64,000 nt of DNA, taken from a virus (lineage: Duplodnaviria; Heunggongvirae; Uroviricota; Caudoviricetes). Position 1 is the first letter of the stretch. Each line of letters begins with the position of its first letter. Below, in pieces: positions 27,487-37,227 of the stretch. The DNA lies in IMG/VR virus record IMGVR_UViG_3300032007_003791, one strand, 5' to 3'. Under the pieces are notes generated by a model. It did not search any database. It saw only the letters and a list, made by a program, of their open reading frames with translations, and was not told where the DNA came from. The position numbers and the translations under genes are program-made.

Positions 27487-27957
27487 CTAAGTCGGTTTGA
27501 TGTCGGTTATTTTTATTTGTTCCGGGTTGAAGACGATGAAATCGTCAACGCAGAGAAGGGTGTCTCCTTCGTCTATATCCTTGATGATTACTCCGTCGTA
27601 TCCCATGTTGAGGTTCATGACCAATTGGGGAATTTCGTCCGTACAGTACTCTTGATCGTCGTAGTAGACATGTTCCCAGAATGCGAACGGACAGCCCATG
27701 TAACCGTCGTATTTGTCTTTGGTAAACTCCGTTTCCGGGATAAGGAAACCTTTGCTGTCTGCGAGGTAACGCCACAGCGGGTATCCCCAGGAGAAGGACT
27801 GGCCGAAGACAAATGGTTTTCCGATGGTCAGCTCGCAGGTGTACAGGTACCTCGTTCCGGACAGCTTGATGGGTTTGCTTGAGAAGAAAACGTACGGGAA
27901 CCTGATGTCGGTTCGGAACCGGTCGAAGAGGTCCGGTGAGATATGAAAGGCTTTCAT
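27487..27957 (-). CDS. hypothetical protein
   Basis: Start trimmed to MKAFHIS so it abuts the methyltransferase stop. Confidence 0.4.
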   Translation of the reverse strand: MKAFHISPDLFDRFRTDIRFPYVFFSSKPIKLSGTRYLYTCELTIGKPFVFGQSFSWGYPLWRYLADSKGFLIPETEFTKDKYDGYMGCPFAFWEHVYYDDQEYCTDEIPQLVMNLNMGYDGVIIKDIDEGDTLLCVDDFIVFNPEQIKITDIKPT

Positions 27958-29768
27958 CAAGCTACTGCGCTTTTCGTGTTTTTGCTCAGGGTTGGAACAA
28001 TAGCCTCGCACCAGACCTTGGCCATGATGGTCACGACGGCGTTGCCGAGGTATTTCTTCTGCTCTTCCTGGGTTCCCACGAGGATGTAGTCCTTCGGGAA
28101 GCCCTGGATAAGCTTCAGTTCGTCGATGCGGAGCATCCGCATGGAGATGTCCACGATGCCGAAGACGAACATGAAGCGCTTGATTTCCTTCATGATTTCG
28201 CTGTCGCTCTCATAGAAGAGGTAGATGAGGGTATCACCCTCTCTTCTGATGAACGACGGCAGATGACCATCCATGGTGACGGAGGCCATTTGGAGCGGCA
28301 GCTTGTCCTGCCGGGCGATGACGGTTGGACAGGGAGCGTCTACGCTGTTTCCCGGGCAGGAAAATTGCGGATTGACAAGGTACTGCCACTTACGGTTGGC
28401 TGTGACCACTCGTGCAGGCTCGTTCACGGAGGCACCGACGTTGTTGAAGTTCGTGTCAAGCACCCAGGGTTTCTTGATATGGACAAGCTTCTGCTTGGGA
28501 TTGTTCAGGACCGTCCCGCAGGGTTTCTCGACGGAAGAAGGGCCACTGGCCCCATACTGGTTGTCAAGGAAGACCATCGCAAGGCGGTCACGGGTCGTTA
28601 CCGTCGGTGCCGGAGCATCGATGGACTGGGCTCCGCCCTTGCCATAGTAGGCCGTGATGAACTGGTGATGATCCCTTGTGGTGATGGTCCCGGCCGGGAA
28701 ATCGATACTTGTCTGCTTCCCTTCCGGATCGCCGCTGTAAGCTTTGGACAGGAACCGGGCACTGCCGACGCCTATACGGTTCTGCGTCGTGACCGTCGGG
28801 CAGGGGTCCTCCATGTCGGGTGCGATATAGGTCCCGTCCTTCATTCCGTTCCACTTAATGAGGAAGTTTTCCTTTCCTCCGGCGACGAATTTTACGAGTC
28901 CAGCATGGATGCGCTTGAGCGTTGCATCAACGAGGGGTTTTTTCCGGTCGAAGATGGACTGTCCTTCGTCGTTGAGGTCCAGGACGTCGCGTACCGGGAG
29001 CCAGGGTTTGAGGTGGCCGCCGAAGAGGTCATCCCCGCCCTCTCTGGCGTGCGTAGGCTGCGGGAAGACGATGTCTATTCCTCGTTTGGCGAACATGCCA
29101 AAGAAACGTCTGCGGGACGTATAGGCCCCGTAATCGGCGCTGTTGAGGATGCGGCTCTCGAAACGATAGCCGTAGGAGCACATTTCCTCAACCCAACGGT
29201 GATAGTACTCTCCCTTGTGTTCTGGATCCGGAAGCATGGCCGGTTCCGTCCACGTCTTGCGGTCCTTTCCCTTGCCGGAGGATTTCTTTATCATCACGAC
29301 GGTCCCGTCGGCCTTGCGTTTTTCCACGAGCGGGCCCCAGGTTTGGAACTCGTCCACGTTCTCAATTTGGACGATGTCCGGGTTGAGGGCTTCCACATAA
29401 CGGAAGAGATGCTCGGCGAGTGTCCTGGAGTCTGCGTCGCGGGACATGCCGCCCTTGGCGCGGCTGAAATTGGTGCATTCCAGGGATGCCCAGAGGACGA
29501 CCTTCGCCTGGGGGTAGGTTCTCCGGGCCAGTTCGATGTGCCTGACCATCGGGCCCAGTTCCAGCGTGCGAATGTCCTCCGTGTAGTGGATAGCCTCCGG
29601 ATGGTTGGCCTTATGGGAGGCGATAGCGTTCTTGTCGTGGTTGACGCATGCGATGACCTTGGCAATCTTCTTGCCGTTGATGACAGCGTTCTCAACGCCG
29701 GTTGAGGTCCCTCCGGCTCCGCAGAAGAGGTCAATGTAAAGGAGTCGGATATCTTCGTTAGGCTTCAT
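27957..29768 (-). CDS. DNA (cytosine-5)-methyltransferase, orphan (no adjacent restriction endonuclease)
   Basis: 603 aa; motif I DLFCGAGG, catalytic-Cys region ASLECTNFSRAKGG, ENV motif (IVQIENVDEF). Confidence 0.85.
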   Translation of the reverse strand: MKPNEDIRLLYIDLFCGAGGTSTGVENAVINGKKIAKVIACVNHDKNAIASHKANHPEAIHYTEDIRTLELGPMVRHIELARRTYPQAKVVLWASLECTNFSRAKGGMSRDADSRTLAEHLFRYVEALNPDIVQIENVDEFQTWGPLVEKRKADGTVVMIKKSSGKGKDRKTWTEPAMLPDPEHKGEYYHRWVEEMCSYGYRFESRILNSADYGAYTSRRRFFGMFAKRGIDIVFPQPTHAREGGDDLFGGHLKPWLPVRDVLDLNDEGQSIFDRKKPLVDATLKRIHAGLVKFVAGGKENFLIKWNGMKDGTYIAPDMEDPCPTVTTQNRIGVGSARFLSKAYSGDPEGKQTSIDFPAGTITTRDHHQFITAYYGKGGAQSIDAPAPTVTTRDRLAMVFLDNQYGASGPSSVEKPCGTVLNNPKQKLVHIKKPWVLDTNFNNVGASVNEPARVVTANRKWQYLVNPQFSCPGNSVDAPCPTVIARQDKLPLQMASVTMDGHLPSFIRREGDTLIYLFYESDSEIMKEIKRFMFVFGIVDISMRMLRIDELKLIQGFPKDYILVGTQEEQKKYLGNAVVTIMAKVWCEAIVPTLSKNTKSAVA

Positions 29769-29896
29769 GATTTTTGATGAAAAAACCCACTACCGAAGCA
29801 GCGGGTCTAAATGTCTTTGGACAAGCATTTTTTCTACTGCAAAGGTAGTGATTTTTTTGTTTAAAAGCAATATTATTTGTTTAAAAACAATATTTT

Positions 29897-30436
29897 TCAG
29901 TTTTTGGCGGCTTCTGTGCAGATGTCGCTTGTGATTTTATTCATGTATTTTGTCAGTTGGATGAAGGTTTCTTTTGCGTCTTCCTGGGAAATCCTCGTAT
30001 TTTTTGCGTCGTATATCGTTGATACAGGATAGTTGGTGGCTGGATTGTACGAATACTTGATGTCGGTTAAAGGAAAGTAGATATCAATCTGGTTGCATTT
30101 TGCAGTTATCTTGTTGACTCCGTTTTCGTATCTGACGTCAAGGGTGATGCGGGCTCCCATCTGGCTGTATTTGCCTTCGTTGATATTGGGAACGTCGATG
30201 TCGGCGGAAGCGTGAGAGCTCTTGCAGGAAAGCGTTCCGCTTACTAGTCCGTTTTTCTTGATGAATTCCAGGAAGGCCGAAATGACGTTTTCCGTCTGCA
30301 CGAAGGCAGACGTGTTTTTCGTCACGATGACGGTTTCGTTGTCAACGACATAGGGTGAGGCCTGTGCATGGAGGGTGGCGGTGCTGAGCACCAGCATGGC
30401 GATGATGGTGATGAGGGTTTTAATGGTGTTTTTCAT
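29897..30436 (-). CDS. hypothetical secreted protein
   Basis: 179 aa; N-terminal signal peptide IIAMLVLSTATLHAQA. Confidence 0.5.
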   Translation of the reverse strand: MKNTIKTLITIIAMLVLSTATLHAQASPYVVDNETVIVTKNTSAFVQTENVISAFLEFIKKNGLVSGTLSCKSSHASADIDVPNINEGKYSQMGARITLDVRYENGVNKITAKCNQIDIYFPLTDIKYSYNPATNYPVSTIYDAKNTRISQEDAKETFIQLTKYMNKITSDICTEAAKN

Positions 30437-30489
30437 GGGTGTGGGGTTTTGATGTTTGACTTTTCAGGGTTGTGTCGGTTCACTGTTGT

Positions 30490-30735
30490 TTATATGAATT
30501 TTTCCAGGTTTTTGGCTTCTTCCATGTTTTCTTTTGAAAGTGGTCTAATCTGGAAAGCTGCATCTTGAAGGAGTACGTAGGCAATTATTCTTGGTAGTGC
30601 GTAATCGTCCTCCCACTGTTTAAGGTCGATAGCGCCACTGTTAATAGCACTTTCAATTTTCTTTGTGGCGGTTTTGCATGCCAGGGAAATCATCTCCCGG
30701 GTTTTCTTCTTGCATTGGGCTTTAGTTATTGGCAT
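30490..30735 (-). CDS. hypothetical protein
   Basis: 81 aa ORF. Confidence 0.3.
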   Translation of the reverse strand: MPITKAQCKKKTREMISLACKTATKKIESAINSGAIDLKQWEDDYALPRIIAYVLLQDAAFQIRPLSKENMEEAKNLEKFI

Positions 30736-30754
30736 ATGATGATTTTTATGATAT

Positions 30755-31594
30755 TTATTGAGCTGGAACGGTTATCACTCGTACGTTGCTGAACTGCGGG
30801 AAGCGCTTGATGATGCGTTCCCGGGCGTTTTCTGCAAGTTTACGGGAGTCGTATCTGTATGCAGAGTCTTTGAACGGACTGAAGAAAATCTTCCGTGACT
30901 TGAGGTTGGTCATGTACCGTTCACATGATTGATAGGTGAAGGAGATGATATGCTGCTCCGTGGGGGCCTTGCGTTCGGGGCGTGCTTTTGTGGTCCGCGC
31001 CTTCATGGCCTGCCAGGCGATTTCGCCGGAATACTCCGAAAAGCCAATCCAGGGAGTCCGTCCTTGACTGAGGTGTTCGGCCCATTTGTCGGCGAGTTCC
31101 TTTTCGTCGCGGGCGTGGTCGGTATGGTATTTCGAAGATTCTCCGTCTTCGCTCACTTCGTACCAGGACAGGCGGACTCCGCCGGCCTCTTCCATGGTGA
31201 CGGCATGGCGGAACCCGGATTTGAAGAAGCTGAGGTACTGCGCAGCGCTCGTGACAGAGTGACCGTAGACGGTCATGGCTGTGAAGTAACTGAGTTCCTT
31301 GAGGATGAGTTCCTCTGTGTATGGCTCTTTCGCGTAGGAGGGCTGCTGCCCGGCGTACTGGGTAATGACGTCCTGGATCTGCTGCTGGACGGAGCAGATG
31401 ATTTCCTGTTGCGTGAGCGCGTAGCGTCTTTTCTGCTCGTCGGTGCGATGGAGCCACCGCTCGTTGCTCCAGTTGCGGGAACGGCGGTTCCGGCCGACGT
31501 CCCAGACGTTGTTGTCGCCGCTTTCGGTGATGGGGATGAACGTGCCGTCGCTGAGCTTGACGAACATGGCACGGTAGAAGATTGCGTAACTCAT
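30755..31594 (-). CDS. hypothetical protein
   Basis: 279 aa ORF. Confidence 0.45.
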   Translation of the reverse strand: MSYAIFYRAMFVKLSDGTFIPITESGDNNVWDVGRNRRSRNWSNERWLHRTDEQKRRYALTQQEIICSVQQQIQDVITQYAGQQPSYAKEPYTEELILKELSYFTAMTVYGHSVTSAAQYLSFFKSGFRHAVTMEEAGGVRLSWYEVSEDGESSKYHTDHARDEKELADKWAEHLSQGRTPWIGFSEYSGEIAWQAMKARTTKARPERKAPTEQHIISFTYQSCERYMTNLKSRKIFFSPFKDSAYRYDSRKLAENARERIIKRFPQFSNVRVITVPAQ

Positions 31595-31894
31595 TATCGT
31601 TGGCTGTTTGATTTGATTGTGAAGGTTGTGTTGGTTCGCTATCTTGCGTGGATTTTACAGCCTGGGAGGCATGCCGACCAATTGGGCTGTAAAATCTTCG
31701 CAAAGAAAAGCGGACCAACTTCTTCCGAGCAAGGGTTCCTGGCGGAACACGACCACAAGGCCCCCTTGTGGGGCCGAAGCCCGTAGCCCGTAGGGCAAGG
31801 GGGCTGCTGCCTGGTGGAGGTTCCGTCAGGAAGCGGAAGCTTGCCCTTGCGAGGAAGAACCGTTGCTTGTTGTATCATACTGAGATTGTCTCAT

Positions 31895-32854
31895 TTAGAG
31901 AAGCTTCACTCTTATTTTTTTAGCCTTTAGGATTTCTTTGGAAGACAAAAACCCGCCGTATACTTCTCCGGACGAGTAGCCGTTGGCGTCTTTGAATTTC
32001 TCATCAACATAGATGGACGGCTTGTCGTATTGTGTTCTTGCTTTTCTCTTGAGTTCTTTGATGGTCACATCACGGAGGGTTTCGGTGAAATCACAAGAGC
32101 CGCCGCCAACCCAGCTGTTGAAGATGGTACAGGTTGTACCTGCAGGAATAACGAGATTGTCGAATTGCTCTTTTTGAGGAGTATCGTATAATCCGGTATT
32201 CCAGAGAGCATCCATGTCGAATAGACCGAAGAAAGTGAAGAGGCCGTAATTGGGGCATTCTATGAGACAGTCGAGAAATCCTTTATAGGAGATAATTTCT
32301 TTACCTTCTCTGTTTTTGTAGTTCGGGAAAGAGCCGAAGCATGCGACTCCCCTTTTGATGGCTTCTTTTTTTACCTTGGCCGGATTAAGGCAGAGCGCTG
32401 TCATCATCCCCTCCAGTGCGTCTTCTTTACCATAGAGTCCTTTGCTGGCATAGAGGGGTTTCCAGGCGTCGTAGTTGGAGTGTAGAGTCACCCTTGCATG
32501 GATTCTGCTGCGGCAGAAGATTTCTTTCTCGGCTTCGGAGTCATCCCTGTTTTTGATTTCGAGGATGAGCTGGTCGTACTCGTCTGTGTTTTTAAACAGT
32601 TCTTTTTCGTCGTCACTAAGCTCTTCCAGCTCATCGAGAAGGTTGTTAAGCTCTTGTACGGCGTAGTAATGCGCCTGTTCAGAGAAAATCTCCCAGAGGT
32701 TATCCTCTAAGCCTTCTTTCAGGATTTTCTTAAGGGTGGCCGGTTGGATCTGGTCGTCATAGCCGACATGAGTCAGCGTGTAGGAGTCATCAAGGCGGGA
32801 GTACAACTCGTTATAAATTTTGTTTTCGTCAATGACGGTATGCTTTTCGGTCAT
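31895..32854 (-). CDS. hypothetical protein
   Basis: 319 aa ORF. Confidence 0.45.
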   Translation of the reverse strand: MTEKHTVIDENKIYNELYSRLDDSYTLTHVGYDDQIQPATLKKILKEGLEDNLWEIFSEQAHYYAVQELNNLLDELEELSDDEKELFKNTDEYDQLILEIKNRDDSEAEKEIFCRSRIHARVTLHSNYDAWKPLYASKGLYGKEDALEGMMTALCLNPAKVKKEAIKRGVACFGSFPNYKNREGKEIISYKGFLDCLIECPNYGLFTFFGLFDMDALWNTGLYDTPQKEQFDNLVIPAGTTCTIFNSWVGGGSCDFTETLRDVTIKELKRKARTQYDKPSIYVDEKFKDANGYSSGEVYGGFLSSKEILKAKKIRVKLL

Positions 32855-32887
32855 GGCTAATTTTTTTCGTGTTGGTAATGTTGAGGA

Positions 32888-33403
32888 TTAAGATTTTGTT
32901 TCCCAGTAATTGCCGAGCCACACGTCATGCATGCTGAGGAGTTCGATGCAATTATCTCTGTCTTTTTCAGTGGAGAACTCGTATGAGGCATAGCTGCCAT
33001 CAATCTCTCCCTTCTTGATGGCGTTGATGGTTTTCTTGATTCCTTCGTCTACAGCCATTCTGGATGCAGTCTCACCGAAAATCACATCGAGGCGGAATTT
33101 CTTTTTCACGGGAGAGAAGACGTTACCGTCGTAATCGAGGTAGTCTTCTTTCTTCGCTTTCTTTTTGAGTGGTTTCCTCGTGTAAAGAGTGTCGGATTCC
33201 GGTAAGAATTCTGCATAGGGTTCAATGTCGCCGCAGTGGTGGTATACCTTGAAGGTATCTTCGTTGGTCGTTACCCATTGGGTCGTGGAGTCCTTGTAGT
33301 TGAGTACGCCGAGGATGTAATCTTCGACGTTGTTCTCGTAGGATTCGGGGATGGTGGTAGTCACCAGTTTCCCGCTTTCGTGGTCAATGATGAGGGCTTT
33401 CAT
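32888..33403 (-). CDS. hypothetical protein
   Basis: 171 aa ORF. Confidence 0.4.
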   Translation of the reverse strand: MKALIIDHESGKLVTTTIPESYENNVEDYILGVLNYKDSTTQWVTTNEDTFKVYHHCGDIEPYAEFLPESDTLYTRKPLKKKAKKEDYLDYDGNVFSPVKKKFRLDVIFGETASRMAVDEGIKKTINAIKKGEIDGSYASYEFSTEKDRDNCIELLSMHDVWLGNYWETKS

Positions 33404-33722
33404 TTTTTAAAAAATTAAAGAACCATTCAAGAGCTTCGTCCAGCGGTGAGTATTCATCACCCCAGTCTTCTTCGTCAAGGTGGCTTTCCGGAACGAGAAG
33501 GGCTTTCGTCCAGTCGCCGTCTGTGTCGTAGTGGACTACGATTCCGTCTTCGATGTGTGTCGCGTAGAGCGGTTCGCAGATGCTGTTAATCTCATTCAGT
33601 TCGTCTTCTGTGAGATATTGTTTGGTTTCTCCTACTTTGGTTTGTTTGCAGAGGTTGGTGAGTTTGGCGCCGAGGGGCCGTAATTCGTTGAGTGTAAGTT
33701 CTTGCATGATAATGAGTATCAA
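33384..33722 (-). CDS. hypothetical protein
   Basis: 112 aa ORF, overlaps the upstream ORF. Confidence 0.4.
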   Translation of the reverse strand: MILIIMQELTLNELRPLGAKLTNLCKQTKVGETKQYLTEDELNEINSICEPLYATHIEDGIVVHYDTDGDWTKALLVPESHLDEEDWGDEYSPLDEALEWFFNFLKNESPHH

Positions 33723-33732
33723 TGATATTTTC

Positions 33733-34203
33733 TCAATATTCGCATTCAGTTTCGTTCTGAAAAGAGAAGTACCGGTTGGTGTCCGTTATAATAACGGAGT
33801 CGAGCAGTTTGATATCCAGGCATGCGAGAGCCTTGCGGAGCTTACTCATCTGTTCTATGTCCTGCTGTGAAGGAAGAGGGTTCCCAGATGGGTGGTTATG
33901 GACGGCGACTACGCTGTCGGCCATCATCTGGACGGCTGTGCGACAGACCATTTTCGGTTCGAAACTGCAGGTATTCGGTCCTCCGATGGATAAAACCTCG
34001 TAACCGAGGATTTTGTTCGATTTTGATAGATAGATGGCAATAGCCTTCTCTCTCCACATCTCGTCCTCGTCGTAGATGGTCTCGTGGCAGAAGCGGGCCA
34101 CTTGGGCCCCGTTGCGTAGGGTGTCCTCATTAGCTGTGACTCGCTTCCGGTGAACGATAAATTCGTACACTGAGACGATGTTTTTTTCTTTGTTTTTGTT
34201 CAT
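33733..34203 (-). CDS. radC: RadC-like JAB/MPN domain protein
   Basis: 156 aa; JAMM motif HNHPSGNPLPSQQD. Confidence 0.8.
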   Translation of the reverse strand: MNKNKEKNIVSVYEFIVHRKRVTANEDTLRNGAQVARFCHETIYDEDEMWREKAIAIYLSKSNKILGYEVLSIGGPNTCSFEPKMVCRTAVQMMADSVVAVHNHPSGNPLPSQQDIEQMSKLRKALACLDIKLLDSVIITDTNRYFSFQNETECEY

Positions 34204-34209
34204 GATAAC

Positions 34210-34728
34210 TTAAAAGTTTTTCCAGGCACCGGTATCGCCAAGGGCAAGGACGGACACTTTGTCGATGTTAAGTGCTGCAATGGCTGCTCTGGCTGTCGTA
34301 CCGGTGTCTACTACGTTGTCAATCAAGATTACTTCCCACCCTAATTCAACAAGAGCCTTTACTCTTTTATCGGCTCTGTCCCGGTAGACGAAGCCGAATT
34401 CGATGTCGTCGAAGGGTTCCCCCTTCGCCTTGCGTCCGCAGACGCTGTCGTGGACGTAGCCGCAGAGGCCGTCAAGGACGACTGCGGTTTTGTCAGTTCC
34501 CAGATTGTTACAGTGTTCGGCGATGGCAAATGCCAGTTTCTTGGTGTATTCGGCTTTTCCCGACGACTGTGGCATCGGAATAAGCAGACTCTTGGTCGGG
34601 AGCGCATCGGCGATTTTGTTAAGGAACGGGTTGATTACAGAGGTGTCCCCGCGTTTTATTTCATAACAGAGGTCGCGGACTTCCGTGTACTTCTTTGCGA
34701 AAACGATATTTAGTTCCATTGTACTCAA
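34210..34728 (-). CDS. phosphoribosyltransferase-domain protein (ComF-like PRTase)
   Basis: 172 aa; PRPP-binding motif VILIDNVVDTGTTARAAI. Confidence 0.7.
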   Translation of the reverse strand: MSTMELNIVFAKKYTEVRDLCYEIKRGDTSVINPFLNKIADALPTKSLLIPMPQSSGKAEYTKKLAFAIAEHCNNLGTDKTAVVLDGLCGYVHDSVCGRKAKGEPFDDIEFGFVYRDRADKRVKALVELGWEVILIDNVVDTGTTARAAIAALNIDKVSVLALGDTGAWKNF

Positions 34729-34737
34729 AAGCTTGGA

Positions 34738-35322
34738 TTAAATTTTATGGCAAGCACCCGGATAATGTTCATGTTCCGGAACACTGTCCGGGCCGGTGAA
34801 TTCTGCACATTCTTCGCATCGGATTTCCGGGAACATGTATGTTTTTATTTCTGTTGCTTTCCTGGCGCATTCCCATTTTCCTTTTTCATGATCCAGTTCC
34901 GGTTTTTCATAAAACAGATGGATTTTCCCATATTGGATTTCTGTTTCAGGGTGGCGCCTTACCCAGTTTTCTGCCGCCTCGTCATCGAAGACGGCTCGGT
35001 CACGAGCAATATAGATTTTCATATCTTTTTTAGGAAAAAACACTTCTTTTTCGGTGATTTCCCACGTCACAAGGTTATAGCTGCAGCCGGAGCCGATTTC
35101 ACCCTGCTGGTAGCTGGCGCTCTTTTCTTCGATTTTCGTTGAGAAGTTGTCGTAACCGCCGGCTTTGGCTTCTTCCTTTTCGGTTTGAAGCTCGTTTTTC
35201 ATCTGCACTTGTGCTTTTTGGAGCGAAGGGTGCACACTCACGCTTACGCTCGGGTTATCGAGCGAGTCAAGGTCGCCGTACTCTGCGAAGAGGGCGACTG
35301 AGGTAAGGATGTAGATTTTCAT
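34738..35322 (-). CDS. hypothetical secreted protein
   Basis: 194 aa; N-terminal hydrophobic signal-like segment. Confidence 0.45.
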   Translation of the reverse strand: MKIYILTSVALFAEYGDLDSLDNPSVSVSVHPSLQKAQVQMKNELQTEKEEAKAGGYDNFSTKIEEKSASYQQGEIGSGCSYNLVTWEITEKEVFFPKKDMKIYIARDRAVFDDEAAENWVRRHPETEIQYGKIHLFYEKPELDHEKGKWECARKATEIKTYMFPEIRCEECAEFTGPDSVPEHEHYPGACHKI

Positions 35323-35331
35323 GGTGTGAGT

Positions 35332-35688
35332 TTATTCTTCAGGAATGGTGAGGGTGTCTTCGTCGATGATGTGGATTTCGTTTGCGATAGCTTCGACTAC
35401 CGAGCGACGGTTTCCTTCGGCGTCAGTGTAGTTCAGGTTTCTGAGTCGTCCGACGATTTCGATTTTGGTTCCTTTTTTGACATTGAGGATGTCTTCTTCG
35501 GAAATCTTTTTCCCTTCGTAGGCGATGACGTTGATCCAGAAAGTCTCGAGGATGTTTTCATTGTTCCGGTTTATGTAAGCGTATTCGGTTACGACCGAAC
35601 AGCGGATGTATTTTTTCCCTTGGAAATCTTTTACGTCGGATGTTCCGACGATGCCACGGAGGTGGACTTTGTTTAAGAATTCAAGCAT
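35332..35688 (-). CDS. short SSB-like OB-fold protein (paralog of 46442..46783)
   Basis: 118 aa; MLEFLNKVHLRGIVG aligns with MYEFINIVEIQGIVG of the paralog. Preceded by repeat A copy 1. Confidence 0.55.
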   Translation of the reverse strand: MLEFLNKVHLRGIVGTSDVKDFQGKKYIRCSVVTEYAYINRNNENILETFWINVIAYEGKKISEEDILNVKKGTKIEIVGRLRNLNYTDAEGNRRSVVEAIANEIHIIDEDTLTIPEE

Positions 35689-35734
35689 TGCTTTCTATTT
35701 TATAATTAAGGTTGTTATTTCTGTTTTTAGATTT

Positions 35735-35968
35735 TTTTTGTTGTAGCTTCGCGTGATTTCCCCACGCGGACGCTTGCGTCCATAAGTGGGTGAAATCTAA
35801 GCAAGAAGGCACAACAAAAAATTCCCTTTCTGCAAGGGTTTTCCATAAAACACGACCACGAGGCTCCTTGGGGGCCGAAGCCCGCAGCCCGCAGGGCAAG
35901 GGGGCTGCTGCCTGGTGGAGGTTTTTGGAAAACGAGCGTAGCGAGCTCGCCACTTGCGGAAAGGGAAT
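35735..35968 (-). repeat. intergenic repeat family A, copy 1 (terminator + promoter + structured leader cassette)
   Basis: ~235 bp matching 46982-47213 and 54993-55229. Hairpins cgcgtg/cacgcg, ggacgc-tt-gcgtcc, ccctt-tctgc-aaggg flanked by A- and T-tracts, ggctcc/ggggcc, gagctc palindrome. Confidence 0.7.
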
Positions 35969-36006
35969 ACGTTTCAGCGATGAACTCCTGATGGGTTCTG
36001 TTTCAG

Positions 36007-36399
36007 TTAACAGGAAACAGTGGATAGGATGGCGTTGATTTTCGCCAGTTGGTTGAATGAAAATTCGTTGATGGAGGTACTGGTTCCGAAATGGAAGAAA
36101 TCAAGGAAGCACTTGATATATTCGTTTCCGTTGATGTCGGTGGAGCGGGTGATTGCTTCCAGTTGGAATTTTCCGACATCGTTCCAGAAGAAGTCGGTCC
36201 TTTTCCTTTTGGGTATTATGACGGTATTGCCCCTTGGGGGCAGTTTTGCCGTGATTTGCCGGATGAGTGTCTGCTTTGTCATAGGATAATAATGAAAAGG
36301 GAACGGGAAAACCCAGAAGCGGGCTATACACACATGCGAAGAATTCGCAAGTCCCGTTCCCTTGGATAGGTATTGAACGACGTTTTTCCCCTTCACCAT
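36007..36399 (-). CDS. hypothetical protein
   Basis: 130 aa ORF. Confidence 0.4.
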   Translation of the reverse strand: MVKGKNVVQYLSKGTGLANSSHVCIARFWVFPFPFHYYPMTKQTLIRQITAKLPPRGNTVIIPKRKRTDFFWNDVGKFQLEAITRSTDINGNEYIKCFLDFFHFGTSTSINEFSFNQLAKINAILSTVSC

Positions 36400-36785
36400 A
36401 TTTCTACGAGTTCCTTATCATATTCTTTAAGAAACTCATCAAGGTTGAGGTATTTTCTGACGGGCATCATCTTGCGGTCGTCAGGGGTGAAGAAGGAGGG
36501 ATAGAGGGCGAACCCCCTGCGCAGGTATTCCCTTGTCAGGGCCTCCTCCGGGACAGGCGAATTGTCCGGTTCGATGATGAGGTGTCTTCCGTGTGAACCC
36601 GGGGTCGCGTTGCAGATGGCGACATTGAACCCCGGCCGGAACTCGTTCACCTGGATATAGGCGACGTTCTTCTCGTCGGAGTAGTAGCCGTAGGCGTTTT
36701 CCTTGTTGCTGGAGAGGAAGACGCGGAAGTCCATGTTGCGGAGTGTTTCCGCAATCCTCTCAAGGGTTTGTCTGGGTGTTTCCAT
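36393..36785 (-). CDS. hypothetical protein
   Basis: 130 aa ORF. Confidence 0.4.
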   Translation of the reverse strand: METPRQTLERIAETLRNMDFRVFLSSNKENAYGYYSDEKNVAYIQVNEFRPGFNVAICNATPGSHGRHLIIEPDNSPVPEEALTREYLRRGFALYPSFFTPDDRKMMPVRKYLNLDEFLKEYDKELVEIW

Positions 36786-36866
36786 TTCTTTTCTGAAGGG
36801 AGGGCAGCCGTGAGGGCAAGGAGCCCGAAAATAATGAGTAAAAGTGTTGTCATGGTTGATGGTGGC

Positions 36867-37148
36867 TTACAGATAAACCTTAGCATGGAGGTGGATCTTG
36901 TCGCCACGGGGATCGACACGTGTGGTGTCGATATAGAAGGTGGCACGGGCGAGGGCGTCGAGCCAGCCTTCGCGGCCGAGGCGTTCTTCGGTCTCCTGGC
37001 GGGTGATGGTGAGCTTTTCGCCGCTCTTGCCGATGAGGTGGTATTCGGTCTTGGAGGCGGCGTAGTCCACCTCATGGATGTCGTTGAGCGAGTAGCCTCG
37101 GCTTGCGAGGTATTCGCGATCTTTCTTGCTGAGTTTGAATTTAGCCAT
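36867..37148 (-). CDS. hypothetical protein
   Basis: 93 aa ORF. Confidence 0.4.
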   Translation of the reverse strand: MAKFKLSKKDREYLASRGYSLNDIHEVDYAASKTEYHLIGKSGEKLTITRQETEERLGREGWLDALARATFYIDTTRVDPRGDKIHLHAKVYL

Positions 37149-37227
37149 GGTATTGTCTGATTTTGATTTTCTGTTTTTTCGGGCCGGCCGGGCCTTGTGC
37201 CCGGCCGGCTTATTCTTAAAAGTGTGA

